A stretch of DNA of 64,000 bases from Eledone cirrhosa (Eukaryota), in the NCBI GenBank assembly GCA_964016885.1, contig OZ024742.1, positions 79,112,001-79,176,000 of the forward strand, read 5' to 3'. The first letter of the stretch is position 1. Every line of letters begins with the position of its first letter. Shown here in pieces: positions 13,709 through 26,246 of the stretch. The notes beneath the pieces were generated by a model. It did no database searches. It saw nothing but the letters and a program-made list of their open reading frames with translations, and was not told where the DNA came from. A program made the position numbers and the translations under genes.

Positions 13709-14225
13709 CTCTCTCACTAAGCAGTTCGTGGTCAATTTTCTGGTTGACGAAACGAATCATTTTCCATGGAAGAATGTGTGTGTTGTCTATAAACGAACCT
13801 TTAAAATCGGATTCAGAATAGTTACAGATTAATTTTTTTTTTTTTTTGGGGGGGGGGGGGGGGGGGCACAACATTACTTCCTGTATCTCCATTGTTTTAA
13901 TACTTCGATACCTACATGGCAGGTAACTGTTTTGGAGAACACAGAAAGTCAATACTTTTTTCGTTATTATCAGAAAAATGTAAAACAAATTAGTAGGAAT
14001 CGAAAGCGAACATTTCATTTTGGATACTATTAGAAGATAATTGTTTCTACTTTAGGCACAAGGCCAGCAAATACCCAGTGCATTACTGGTACTTTATTTT
14101 ATCGACCCCGTAAGGATGAAAGGCAAAGTTAACCTCGGCGGTTTAACTACCGATACTGCCAATCCACCATGGCGGCTAATAAGCATGCGTCAATTGGATA
14201 GCCAGTTGACGCATGTTTATTAGCC

Positions 14226-14430
14226 ATTATCCTCACTAGATATTTATTTCGTCCAATTAAAATGAGGAAAATCTTATCCACTAATTATATTTATTAAGGC
14301 AGCCAATCTCTTATCGCCAGCAACACATTTGCATTCACAAAAAATTACATTCCAGGACAAAAGACTAGGAAAGCCCCCAAGTAGTACGAGATAATTTCGT
14401 TGTTTATCATGTCCACCAGTATACTTTGTT
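14226..14430 (+). mobile_element. Second, oppositely oriented Merlin 3' fragment
   Basis: Reverse-complement similarity to 13191-13355 and 12195-12237 (TCGCCAGCAACACATT, GGAAAGCCC). Confidence 0.65.
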
Positions 14431-15834
14431 TTCGTTTTGAAATGACTTTTATTTTTTATTATGTCAGTATCAGAATCGTGTCATTTGAAATCTAAACCAA
14501 TTTTTTTTTTTTTTTCCCGTTAGTTGGTTGATATATTTTGTTATAACCCTCGTAAATTAGCCGTTCCCCTAATTTGTCGTGAGGTACGGTTAACTAAAGA
14601 ATGAATAATTGAAAATCAGATTCATTCAAAATGCACACACACAAAAAAAGGGGAAATTCACCTCCACCGCAAGACGAGTTTAGTAAAGTAAAGAAAACTC
14701 CGAAGATACCCTATCCTTCACCCTCCGTTTTTTAAAAGAGGAGTCATTTCTAACGGGTTTGGAGGTCAGATACGTCGAAAACATGAAAAAGCCTAGCAAA
14801 CAAAATAATTGTTAGTGTTGCCCACTCTTGTTTTCTGACGGCTTTTGAAGTCATATTGTAGAAAAACACACAAAGATCCGGGAGAAAAGATTTTATTGTA
14901 AAGAAAACTCTGAGAGTGGGAAACTCAGCGAAATGTGTATAGCTCTATAAATGAGGGAGGAGTGAAGAGGGCGCATCTTATACGATAAGGGACCTGAGAA
15001 TTGCCTGCCATCTCAGATAATGTAATGTTTACATTTATATTGCAGACTGGCATTCACAGATGGGAAGTATCCTATCTCTCTTTCTCTTCCCAAAAGAAAC
15101 TTTGCACCTTCTGATAAAATTCCTTATCAAGAAGTCCCGATAAACATACTTTTACATACATAAAAATCTATAAACAAAGAGATAAAAACACAAGCATGAG
15201 AAAAGCATATACAGAGATGGGACAGAGTGGAGAAAGAAAGGGAGAAACTCATAGATCCTCCGTCGGTTTTGAGTTGAACATTCCAACTGATCGATCAACT
15301 TAACTAGTACTCAATGTATTAGCGTGTATGTGGCTTAGTTGTGGTTTAACTGCAGACAGGGCCGGACCTTCATCTGCTGAACACCTAAACTTATAAAATT
15401 TGAGGCCCTTCTCTAGAAAATGTGGGTAAAAAAATTAGAATAATTATACATGATTATTATTTATTAATGATTACAAAACCAATACACACACATAATTTTC
15501 GATGATTTGATCGAGCATATTAATAATCAATGACGTTCCATCTGTGGCTACCAATTCATTTTTAAGATGATAAGGGAGTGGTTTGAGGAGATTTAGCTGC
15601 TATGTTTAGCAGAGTGCGAATTCTCGTTGAGACACGTGAACCTTTAACGTAATCTCAAGGCAATATCGGCTTAACTGACTGGTTTCCGTAGTTTACATCT
15701 AACACAATCACAACACAAGTTTGTTTCAAACTGAACCAATTATACAATATACATGCCTAAGTCATGTTATTGGGATTGAACCTGGAACTCATAATTTTGA
15801 AATAAACTTCTTAACCAATTGGGCACATATATAC

Positions 15835-16221
15835 GGTGGAGCGTCGACAACATGCTTTATGGCATAGAGTTACGGCCTTTTACGATCTGAGTTCAGATCC
15901 TGCCGAAGTTAACTTTGCCTTTCATCCTTACGGGGTCGATGAAGTAAAGTACCAGTAATGCACTGAGGTCGATTTAATCGACTTTCCCCTGCCCCAAAAT
16001 TGCTGGATACGTGCCTAAATCCGAAACCATTATTTCTGGATTGGCAGTATCGGTAGAGGGTCGGACACATGCTTTGCAGCACAGTTACGTCCCTTTTCGG
16101 ACTGAGTTCAAATCCCGCCGAGGTTAACTTTGCCTTTCATCCTTACGGGGTCGATAAAATAAAGTACCAGTAATACACTAGAATAATTGCTGGCCTTGTG
16201 CCAAAAGTAGAAACAATTATT
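15835..16221 (+). mobile_element. Two tandem SINE family 2 copies (Deu/Nin-like central domain)
   Basis: B-box GAGTTCAAATCC, then GAGGTTAACTTTGCCTTTCATCCTTACGGGGTCGATAAAATAAAGTACCAGT; other copies ~14036-14167, 21125-21300, 59280-59455, 61850-62000, 63402-63600. Confidence 0.8.
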
Positions 16222-16782
16222 TCATATACATACATATCTGTCAGACAGGCTCTGTCGCAGCAATAGGAGGGAAGACGGTCCAAAGGTCTCTATTTGACTC
16301 ATGAATTAGCTTCCTCCTTTCTCTTACAGACATATCAGCTATACTGTCTGGCTGTGTTAGTTGATATATCTGTTGGAATTGTCCATAGAGAGTGGCACCG
16401 GAGGAGACACTGGATCAAACGACAAACCAGAAAGAAACGTTATACATGTGTATAGTGAGCCTCCGTCGAAAGATCGACCAGCTAGCAAAAACCAGCCAAA
16501 TCTACATTATATCACACCCTGTAGACTTAAAAAGGGGTTGGAGTTAAGCACTGCTGGATCAGGCTTCAACAGCAACAATAACACATTTCTGTGTGTTTCA
16601 GCGGGCAGTGTGTATACATCTGTATCTATACACGTATCTGTGTATATAGGAGGGAGAGTAAAGAGGCAAAGAAAAAGAAATTTAGCGTGTTCGAAAGGAA
16701 GAAAAAAGATGAGAGTACAACTTGTGTCCGAATACATAATATATATGTGTGTAACTACAGTTACTGGCAGTTCGCCGTCCAA

Positions 16783-16843
<61 letters not shown>

Positions 16844-17542
16844 TGTGTGAGAGAGAGGTGGGCATTCATTTCAGCAGACAGCTAGGTGAGTTATTGAGAG
16901 GAGATGGTGCATAGAAGAAGACGAAGCCATGAAATATAAATTAGAACGTGTATTTGGTATGAGAGTGACGATGGCGAAGAGAGAGAGAGTGTGTGTGTTT
17001 AGAGTGGGAATGTTGATTGACGGACGAAGGCAGACAAACAGAAATACTGGCTAATATAATACATATATAAATAAGTGAATGAACGCACGAACGAGGGAAA
17101 TATAATGAAAGACGTGAAATAAATAAACAGATTAGAAATTCGGAGAGGAAGATGCACATAAATAATAGAGAATAACAAACAGGAAGGAAAAAGGGAAAGA
17201 GAAGGGCCTAGACAAAAGAGGTTGGATGGTGAGACGTGGTTGAGATAGAAGGGGGTGCAAGAGAGAGAACGGATGAAAGTTAAAAATAAAGAGATAAGAA
17301 AAAAGACAGATGAACCGAGTGTTAGAAAGGAAGAGTATGGGTGAGGGAAAATTACAAGTGAGAGAGAGAGAAAAAAGAGCGAGAAAGAAATAGGAAAATG
17401 ACATAACAACCAGATGGACGGGGCGAAAAGAAATCATGAAAATATGAAAAGCCTTGACAGAGAGGAAATGGATGAACAAAAAAAAAAGAAGAAACGACAG
17501 AAATACTGTGAAAAAGTAAGTAAAAAAAAACGGAAAGAAATG

Positions 17543-17706
17543 AGTGCCGGATTTAGACTTGGTGGGGCCTCAAAGCTATATAAATGGCAGAGTTTGGACT
17601 CCTTAAGAAAATACACAAAAATTGAAAAAATATATTTTTAATTACTTTGAGGCCCCTGCGAATTGTGAGGCCCTAAGCTATAGCTTCTGTAGCTAAATCC
17701 GGCACT
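17543..17706. mobile_element. MITE with 14-bp terminal inverted repeats
   Basis: AGTGCCGGATTTAG ... CTAAATCCGGCACT, with internal GGGGCC/GGCCCC motifs. Confidence 0.7.
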
Positions 17707-20261
17707 ATATATATATATATATAAAGTAAAGAGAGAAAGAGACAGGAAATAAATTGAAGTTTTTCATTCAGAAAAAGAAATAGATATATTTTGAGGAAAA
17801 ATATTGGAAAGGCGGAGAAGGGTAGAGAATGGGTGAGGATGACTGACAGATAGATAGAGGCAGAACAAGAAATTGAGTAAAAAGACTGACATGGAAAAGA
17901 AAAGACAGGGAGAGATAAATAGGTAGACAGGTGCCCCACCATCACCACCATAAAATAAAAATTCTAAGAACGAAAGAAAGACATAAATAGACGTAAAGGA
18001 ATGAATTGGGGATAAAAATGAAAACCGAATTCATGTATATTTGCTTTCCTCTATCTAAATCTTTCTCTCTGTCTCTCGTGTATATACATATATAAGAGAT
18101 GAGATTTAGATAGATAAGCAGAAAGACAGTGGCTGCTGTACTGAGCTCCAGGTTAGATCTGCGATCAAAAGAATTTCAGTCGTGACCATCATGCCCACTG
18201 ACACTGGACTACATTAGTCAATGTGATTTTCTTTTTTCTTTTTTCTTTAAAGACAATAAGAGTGTAATCAGAGGGAGATTTGGCTGCTATTTCAAGCAGT
18301 TCGAATAATTACGAGAAGGAAGAAGTTGCATCGCCGGCTCGAGATAGAAAGAATAGGGAAAGATTGATAAGAGAGAGATAGAGAGAGGGCGACAGAAAAA
18401 TTAACATTAATATAACGATGAAATAAAGGAAGAAAATAGAATTATCGAACATCAAAGATATAATGAAGGAAAGGAAAATCAAAAGCACACAACGAAAGAT
18501 AAACGATGATAAAGTAATGATAGAATACAACAGTTGAGGAACGATAGAAAGAAAGAAATATACAGCAACGGAAAAATGACAACTGAGAGAGAGGAAGAGA
18601 ATAGAATAGAATTATATTATATGGTAAGATGGTGAAAAAAAGTTATGTGGACAATGGCGAAGGAAGATCCCTAGATAGAAAGAAATTTTGACCGTGTGGG
18701 TCCAGGTTCGTTCTGGTTCCACAGCGCAGCAAGCGATATTTCTACTATAGCTTAGTGTTGACTAATATGTTGAGTAGAATTTTAGCGGAATTTAGTAGAC
18801 GGAAAACTGTTCAAAACACCGTTTATATATATATATATATATATCGATGAAAAAGGAGATAAAATTCTATACAAATCAAAAAGGATATAGTTTAAAATTA
18901 ATTGTGGAAAAGCACAGAAATATATCTCAAAATTTTTTCTTTAATCTGACAGAATGAATAATTTTGTTACATGTGGATTTAAATTTTGTCAAATATTACC
19001 GGTTTCGATTGGCATATCAATCTTAGCAAATATTATTTATTTATATTTTATATATATATATATGAGAGAGAGAGACAGAGGTGTGCTGTGTCCGTTTATA
19101 TTCCTCAATTCCCTGAGATTGAATGTTGTGGTCCCAGTAAGGCCGCAGTCAAATGGCTGAAACCAATAAATGATTATTAACGAAGAGTGTAAGAAGCATG
19201 AAAAGCTAGCTGTGGGTATTGTTTTTCGACGAGGACAATTGACAGAGAAACCGAAAGTCGATTAAACGAAAAGAACTGCAGCCTGGTAAGGAGTGTCTGA
19301 CATTTAACTTAGATGAAAGGGGCCCATACCTATTTTTTCGAATAAAGGCGTGTTATATGTCAGTGCGCGAGCGAGTATTCATGTATGTATATGATGAATA
19401 TGCGTGTACTCCAATCCATACATACCTACCTATAAATCTGTGCGTGTATGTCGGTGTGTAAAGAGCGAGATATATGGATTTGGATGTGAATGGTGTATGT
19501 ATGAAACAATGTATATATGTGTGTTTAAAAGACACGTATATATATGTTTGTATTTTATTTTTTCAGTGAGTGTGTATTTATATAAGCGAAACGGTGTATG
19601 TATACCTGGGCATGCGTGTGTTCGAGCATAAATGTAAGAAAATATTTGTGTATAAATGGGAAATGATGTGCATATATAATTGAACACCCGGACAGGTGAG
19701 GATTAAACTTGCAGGAGGCTCATGCTTGAAAATTTAATTGGGAGAGAGGGGGTTCTTGTGTTCGTTATGGTAAAAAATAAATAAAAAGTCTCTAGCTCCA
19801 AATCAGTCACTGATAGTGGCTGGCGGGTTTTGGTAATTGCTTATGTCCTAAAGGGACAGACATTATGATCACAACATCACCTAAGTCTCTGAGAAATATA
19901 TCTGATACGCCATGCCTGGTATGTCTTATGTACACGACGGATAACCAAAGTCGTCACTGATAGAAAAGGCAACCAAATTTTTCTCGAAACACACCCAACT
20001 GTATGAAAAAGAGATGATAGATTTGATATTGTAGTCTTATATGTAAAGAATTTTCGAACAAAAGAAAGAAGAATGGTGATGCTAGGATTATCTACTAATA
20101 TATATATATATATATATAATTAATATAAAATCAAAAGATGGTTAAAAGAGTTCCATGTATTTTATTATGCGCATTTCAAAAACAAATATCATCATGGGAT
20201 ATATGTTGATTTAACACTTCACTACTCGCAAGTATTTTTTAAGCTTCATATCATGTCTCCC

Positions 20262-20332
20262 TATTTTATCTGATGAGAACGCAAATATCATCCCATGATG
20301 ATATTTGTTTTTGAAATGCGCATAATAAAATA
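20262..20332 (+). ncRNA. Type I hammerhead ribozyme (intact core, palindromic stem III)
   Basis: TATTTTAT-CTGATGA-[GAACGCAAATATCATC ccat GATGATATTTGTTTTT]-GAAA-TGCGCA-TA-ATAAAATA; stem I TATTTTAT/ATAAAATA; predicted cleavage after AUA (20324). Confidence 0.85.
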
Positions 20333-21899
20333 CATGGAACTCTTTTAACCATCTTTTGATTTTATATTATTTATACTCCAGTCCTATAAACAGTTGAGTG
20401 CTACTTATCCGATATTTGCATTGCTTTATTGTGCTACAATAAAACTCACCTCCTACATATATATATATAATGAAATATATGGAGAATAGAAATGGCTGTG
20501 TAGTTGCTATTATATATATATATATATATGAGAGAGAGAAACCTTGAAGTTTCGTTTACATGCAGTTAGTGTGTGTGTGTGTGTGTGTGTGCCTAGACCA
20601 ATTACGTGTGTTTCGTAGATGATTAGCTCAGGGTCACATATCTGCTCTTCAGACAGGCGATTCAACAACAAAATACAGTGTTTGTTGTTATTTCTGAGAT
20701 GGGTATACATAAACATTGGCCCTTTTCCTATTCGTGAACCAGGGCGTATGTAAGTGTTTGAATGCATACAAGGCTACTCGTGTGCGTATATATACATATT
20801 TTCATGTACATATGTGTCTCTGTGTGTCCCTTTATTTTTATTGAGGTGTCTAGATATGACTGGCGTTATCAGCTCGACATTCATAGTGTTGTTTTTGTCA
20901 GATAGTGAGAAATTCATAAGCAGGAAGTGCAGACAATGACCACTCAGCGGGGGCTGTGGGGTTAAGTACTGTTTGGTATTTATGCCATCCTACGGTGGCC
21001 CAGTCTTGGGTCGAAACTTCTGTGATGACAATCATCACTAAATAAACTACAGTAGCCGCAACTTTCACGCCACCGAGTAAGTAAATGAATAAATGGATGA
21101 ATGAATTTGTCTGTAATGTGTGTATTAATAATAATAATGATTTCCAGTATAGGCACAAGGCCAGCAATTTGAAGGTGGAAGGGTAAGTTGATTAAATCGA
21201 CTCCAGTGCATTACTGGTACTTTATTGTATCGACTCCGTAAGGATGAAAGGCAAAGCTAACCTGGGCAAGATTTGAATTCAGAATGCAAAGGGCCACACG
21301 CGCATATACATACACACACACACACACATATATATATACACACATACATATACATATGTGCACATTTACATATACACACATTACCTGTGTATGCACACAA
21401 ACAGACGTGCATGTAGACACGCATTCGCAAATATACGCACATACACACATGCATACACACAAATATACATATATGTATATATATACCCCGTTGCATACGC
21501 CTATACACATACACGCGCGTGTACGTGTGAATGGAAATATACACACTTGCATACATACATGCTTACACACACACACACACTTGCATACATACATGCTTAC
21601 ACACACACACACTTGCATACATACATGCTTACACACACACACACACTTGCATACATATATGCTTACACACACACACATATAAATATACATACATGAACAT
21701 ATATGCATAGCTATGTACACAGATACACATGTCAGGCAGCTACACGAATACATGGAAGTGCATACAAATACATAAATATGCGTATAAATTACGGAAAAGT
21801 GTTCATAGAAGAGTTCTTCTGCTTCTTTGTGAGGTGTGGTCCTGACAAGGCCCTGCGTGTGGCCTCGCCTTTTCTTAGAGGTCCATGTTTCTCGGGGTT

Positions 21900-22330
21900 C
21901 GTGTGAACAATGCACACGGTGGTGCTAGCAGTTCATTACAACTTCGGACCTCGAGTTTATTTATTCCGTATTTCTTAAGCATGAAGATTTGTGCAGATTC
22001 TGAAAGGCACAACCGGCACTGTCTTCCCCCAAGAAGGTAAGGAGGTTCTCGCTTAAGAACAGCCCATTGCATTCTGAAGCTGATGTTTTTGTCCTTCAGC
22101 CCCCAGACCTTCTCCGACAGACTGGATTGTGATCTTTTATGCGGATGTTTGAAGGCACTGCCGTGGTTATAGAATCGAGACTTAAAACCCTTTCCTGTTG
22201 CTCCTATATATATATATATTTTTTTTTTTTTCTTGTCCTCAGATAGAAGGGAGCATCTGTAGACAATTTTGGAGACCAAGCAATTTTTAGCGGACACTCG
22301 GTAGGGGATCGGCAGTTACATTTTAGAGTT
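21900..22330 (-). pseudogene. Penelope-like element C-terminal GIY-YIG endonuclease fragment
   Basis: CNCRSPTECPL (CxCx5C, frameshifted), then IVY...YIGAT..FKSRFYNH...LS..VW.LK...W...CRLCLSE...NEL; no RT upstream. Confidence 0.85.
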
Positions 22331-22575
22331 TTGGCAGCACGGTGGTCTAACTGTGTCTTCAGGCAAGTAGGTTCAGGACACAAACAAACAAGAACTTTCT
22401 TTGAACACCTTACCACAACTTTTATGTATATGTATTTATTTATGTATCTATATTTGTACGCACTTCCGTGTATTCTTGTAGCTGTCTGACGTGATATGTG
22501 AATCTCTGTGGGTCTATGTGTGCGTGCCTGTGTGTACATGGCTGTGAATGTATGTGTGTGTAAATATATATATAC

Positions 22576-25275
22576 ATGTGCACTATAAAAGACAGATTCT
22601 ATGAGACACTGATGCTAACTACCTCCCAAATATCCGACAGTGACTATATAATTATCGCAGGCGACCTAAATGGTCACGTTGGACAACATTGTGACGGCTA
22701 CGACGAAATCCATGGAGGCTATGGGTTTGGTACTAGAAATGAGGAAGGCTCCAGAATCCTGGAATTCTGTGATGCAAATAACCTAACTATCTGTAACACT
22801 AACTTCAAAAAACGTGACAATCACCTGATCACCTATAGATCCGGGGAACACACAAGCCAGGTAGATTATATCCTTACCAGAAGACGTGACAGAGTGTCTG
22901 TTGTTAACACTAAATCCCTCCCCCATGAAGAATGCACCTCCCAACATAGACTGATAATTAGCGACCTCATAGTCAGGACGAGACGTACTCGACAACAGAA
23001 GAGGACTATCCTCAGGAGGAAAATATGGAAGCTAAAGGACCCCACAGCCAGGAATAAATTTCAAAGCATATTACTTGATGCTTTCGACAGTAAGGAAGAA
23101 CATTTAGAGTCGGACAATATAGAGGGAGAGTGGGAATTTCTGAAAGCAAACCTGCTGTTGGCGACAGACGAGGTCTGTGGCTGGAGCAGGCCTGTAGGCA
23201 GGAGGAGAGTAACATGGTGGTGGAACAGTAAGGTGGAGGGGTCAATTAAGGCCAAAAAGCAGGCTTGGAAAGTATGGCGGGATGGGGGAAGTAGAGAGGA
23301 CTATCAAGTGGCCAGGAGGGAAGCTAGGAGACAAGTGTACTTAGCAAGAAGGGAAGCTGAGGAAAGAAAGTTCAAGCATGTTCTACAACGCGATGACCAA
23401 AAACGTGAGGTGTTCAGGATTGCTAGGCAATGCGTCAAGGAAAACCGTGATATTGTCGGGGAGAAGTGTGTACTAAACGACGATGGCACACTTGCCATCA
23501 CCGACGCTGATAAGAAGGTAGCTTGGAAGTGTCACTATGAAAGGCTTCTAAATGAGGAGAATAATTGGGAGAAAGGCAGTCTCCCCCATATCGACCCAAT
23601 AGAGGGACCAGCAGTGTTAGTCGAGGGGAGTATAATAAGTAAGGCAATCAAGGATATGAAGACTGGTAAGGCGGCTGGGCCTTCGGAAATAGTTGCTGAG
23701 ATGCTGAAGGCATCTGGCACGGTGGGACACACCATGGTCACCCGCATAGTTAACCAAGTCGTACAGAATGGGGTTGTTCCGAAGGACTGGCATAGCAGCA
23801 TCATCGTTAACTGTTATAAGGGTAAAGGAGACGCCCTAGATAGGAGTAACTATAGAGGCATTAAATTAATCGACCAGGTCATGAAGGTCACGGAAAGAGT
23901 AATAGCGCAACTAATCAGAGAGAGAATTGACCTAGATGAAATGCAGTTCGGGTTTGTGTCAGGCAAAAGTACCACAGACGCTCTTTTCATAGTACGACAA
24001 CTACAGGAGAAGTACCTAGCTAAAGGTAAACCCCTCTACTTAGCTTTTGTCGACTTGGAGAAAGCCTTCGACAGAGTCCCCCGCTCCATTATCTGGTGGG
24101 CTCTTAGAAAACTAGGCGTTGACGAATGGCTTGTGAGGGCTATACAAGCCATGTATAAAGAAACAGTCAGCAAGGTTAGAATTAACAACGAATATAGTGA
24201 AGAGTTTAGCGTAAAAGTTGGCGTCCATCAGGGCTCTGTTCTCAGTCCACTACTATTTATTATTGCCCTTCAGGCTATAACAGAGGAGTTCAAGACAGGC
24301 TGCCCATGGGAACTCCTATACGCAGACGACCTGACACTCATAGCGGAATCAATGGCCGAGCTAGAGAAGAAATTCCAAACATGGAAGCACGGCCTAGAGT
24401 CAAAAGGACTTAAAATTAACCTGGCTAAGACCAAAGTACTAGTTTGTAGGAAAGAAAACAAGGCGGCGGTCCCTTCTGGGAAATGGTCGTGCTCGGTGTG
24501 TAGGAAAGGCGTAGGTAGAAACTCCATTTTATGTCCTAAATGCAAAGTATGGGTGCATAAAAGATGTAGTGGGATCACAGGTAAGCTAACTAAGAACATA
24601 GATTTTACATGTGGCCGGTGCTCTGGTGCAGTAAGTAGCAGCAAGTGCCCACAAACTACTAGCTCTTTCAATTGCGCAGAGGGTTCTATAGAAATAGTGG
24701 ACAGCTTCCGTTACCTGGGCGATAAAATCAGCAGTGGGGGAGGGTGCTCTGAAAGTACTGTAGCTAGAGTCAGAACTGGTTGGAAAAAGTTCAGAGAGCT
24801 TATACCACTATTAGCTGCTAAAGGGTTCTCACTAAAAATGAAAGGCAGGTTGTACGATGCCTGCATACGAACAGCAATGCTGCATGGCAGTGAGACCTGG
24901 GCATTGTGTGCAGAGGATATACGCAGACTAGAGAGGAACGAAGCTTGCATGCTCCGCTGGATGTGTAACAGTAATATACGTGAACGGCAAAGCATAAACG
25001 AACTAAGGAAAAAATTAGAGATAAGAGGGATCAGATGTTGTTTACTCGAGAGAAGGCTACGTTGGTATGGACACGTGATGCGCATGAAAGTCGATAGCTG
25101 TATAACAAAGTGCAGGGCAATAAAGATAGACGGTAGTCACGGAATAGGCAGACCTAGAAAAACCTGGGACGAGCTGATAAACTCCGACATCACACACTTA
25201 CACCTCTCCAAGACAATGTCACTGGACCGAGACCTTTGGCGGTACTCAGTAACAGAGAAGACCCGCCTTACCTAA
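22576..25275 (+). CDS. RTE-clade LINE ORF, 899 aa: C-terminal half of APE endonuclease, reverse transcriptase, PHD-like Zn finger
   Basis: GDLNGHVG, QVDYIL, SQHRL (APE); NYRGI, QFGF, FVDLEKAFD, GVHQGSVLSP, YADD (RT); CSVC-CPKC-H-C-CGRC; FRYLG; RRLRWYGHV; no internal stops; 5' truncated. Confidence 0.95.
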   Translation: MCTIKDRFYETLMLTTSQISDSDYIIIAGDLNGHVGQHCDGYDEIHGGYGFGTRNEEGSRILEFCDANNLTICNTNFKKRDNHLITYRSGEHTSQVDYILTRRRDRVSVVNTKSLPHEECTSQHRLIISDLIVRTRRTRQQKRTILRRKIWKLKDPTARNKFQSILLDAFDSKEEHLESDNIEGEWEFLKANLLLATDEVCGWSRPVGRRRVTWWWNSKVEGSIKAKKQAWKVWRDGGSREDYQVARREARRQVYLARREAEERKFKHVLQRDDQKREVFRIARQCVKENRDIVGEKCVLNDDGTLAITDADKKVAWKCHYERLLNEENNWEKGSLPHIDPIEGPAVLVEGSIISKAIKDMKTGKAAGPSEIVAEMLKASGTVGHTMVTRIVNQVVQNGVVPKDWHSSIIVNCYKGKGDALDRSNYRGIKLIDQVMKVTERVIAQLIRERIDLDEMQFGFVSGKSTTDALFIVRQLQEKYLAKGKPLYLAFVDLEKAFDRVPRSIIWWALRKLGVDEWLVRAIQAMYKETVSKVRINNEYSEEFSVKVGVHQGSVLSPLLFIIALQAITEEFKTGCPWELLYADDLTLIAESMAELEKKFQTWKHGLESKGLKINLAKTKVLVCRKENKAAVPSGKWSCSVCRKGVGRNSILCPKCKVWVHKRCSGITGKLTKNIDFTCGRCSGAVSSSKCPQTTSSFNCAEGSIEIVDSFRYLGDKISSGGGCSESTVARVRTGWKKFRELIPLLAAKGFSLKMKGRLYDACIRTAMLHGSETWALCAEDIRRLERNEACMLRWMCNSNIRERQSINELRKKLEIRGIRCCLLERRLRWYGHVMRMKVDSCITKCRAIKIDGSHGIGRPRKTWDELINSDITHLHLSKTMSLDRDLWRYSVTEKTRLT

Positions 25276-25675
25276 ATATATAGTAAAACCTACTCCAGCC
25301 AGTAGGCATCTCTAACAAAATACACCCCGTCCCACCACCCCCACCCCCACCCGATCCACACCACCCCGTTCTATGTAAAGTTATGTTGGTGCCGCGCCAT
25401 CGAGGCCGAAACAAATGAGATCGTGTAGGTGTCACGACAAAAAAACACACAGTCCACGCTGTAATGTGGCCGTGTAGGCAACACGGTAAAAACCTCCCAG
25501 ACCCACACTGTAAATGTGGTTGGTGTTAGGAAGGGCATCCAACTGTAGAAAACCTGCCAGACAGTCCTATGCGAGCAAGACAATCACTCTTGCCTCAAGT
25601 GGGACTACCCCCGTCCAAACCCATGCAAGCGTGGAACACGGACGTTAAACGTTGATGATGATGATGATGATGATG
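22576..25675 (+). mobile_element. 5'-truncated RTE LINE including 3' UTR and (GAT)n tail
   Basis: ORF plus ~400 bp UTR ending GGACGTTAAACGTT(GAT)n. Confidence 0.9.
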
Positions 25676-25879
25676 TATGTACAAGTGTGTGCGTGTATAT
25701 ATATATGTGTACATGTATGTGTGTGTATATATGTGTACATGTTTGTATATATATATATATGTGTACATGTATAAATATGTGTGTGTAAGTATGTACATGT
25801 AAGTTTATGTATGTCCATGCACATGTATGCGTGTTTGTAAGCATGTATAGGCATATGCTAGGATGTGTGTATCTGAGTG

Positions 25880-25971
<92 letters not shown>

Positions 25972-26195
25972 CATATCTACATATATTTGATGTACTTTTT
26001 ACATGTTTATTTGGGTGTATTCGTATCTGTGTGCATGTTAGTGAACACCCAAACACACGTGTTTGTGTGTATACATATATGTGTATATATATATATATAT
26101 ATGCACACACCCGGTCATGCACATGTGCATGTGTGTATATGTATGTATCTGTATGTATGTCTATATATGTATGTGTGCGTGTAGGTATGCATGTG

Positions 26196-26246
<51 letters not shown>

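Noticed and set aside
16361-16891. 174-aa ORF and a perfect AG|GTGAGT donor at 16886
   Set aside because: ORF runs through (TA)n with no recognisable domain; a lone donor site cannot support an exon
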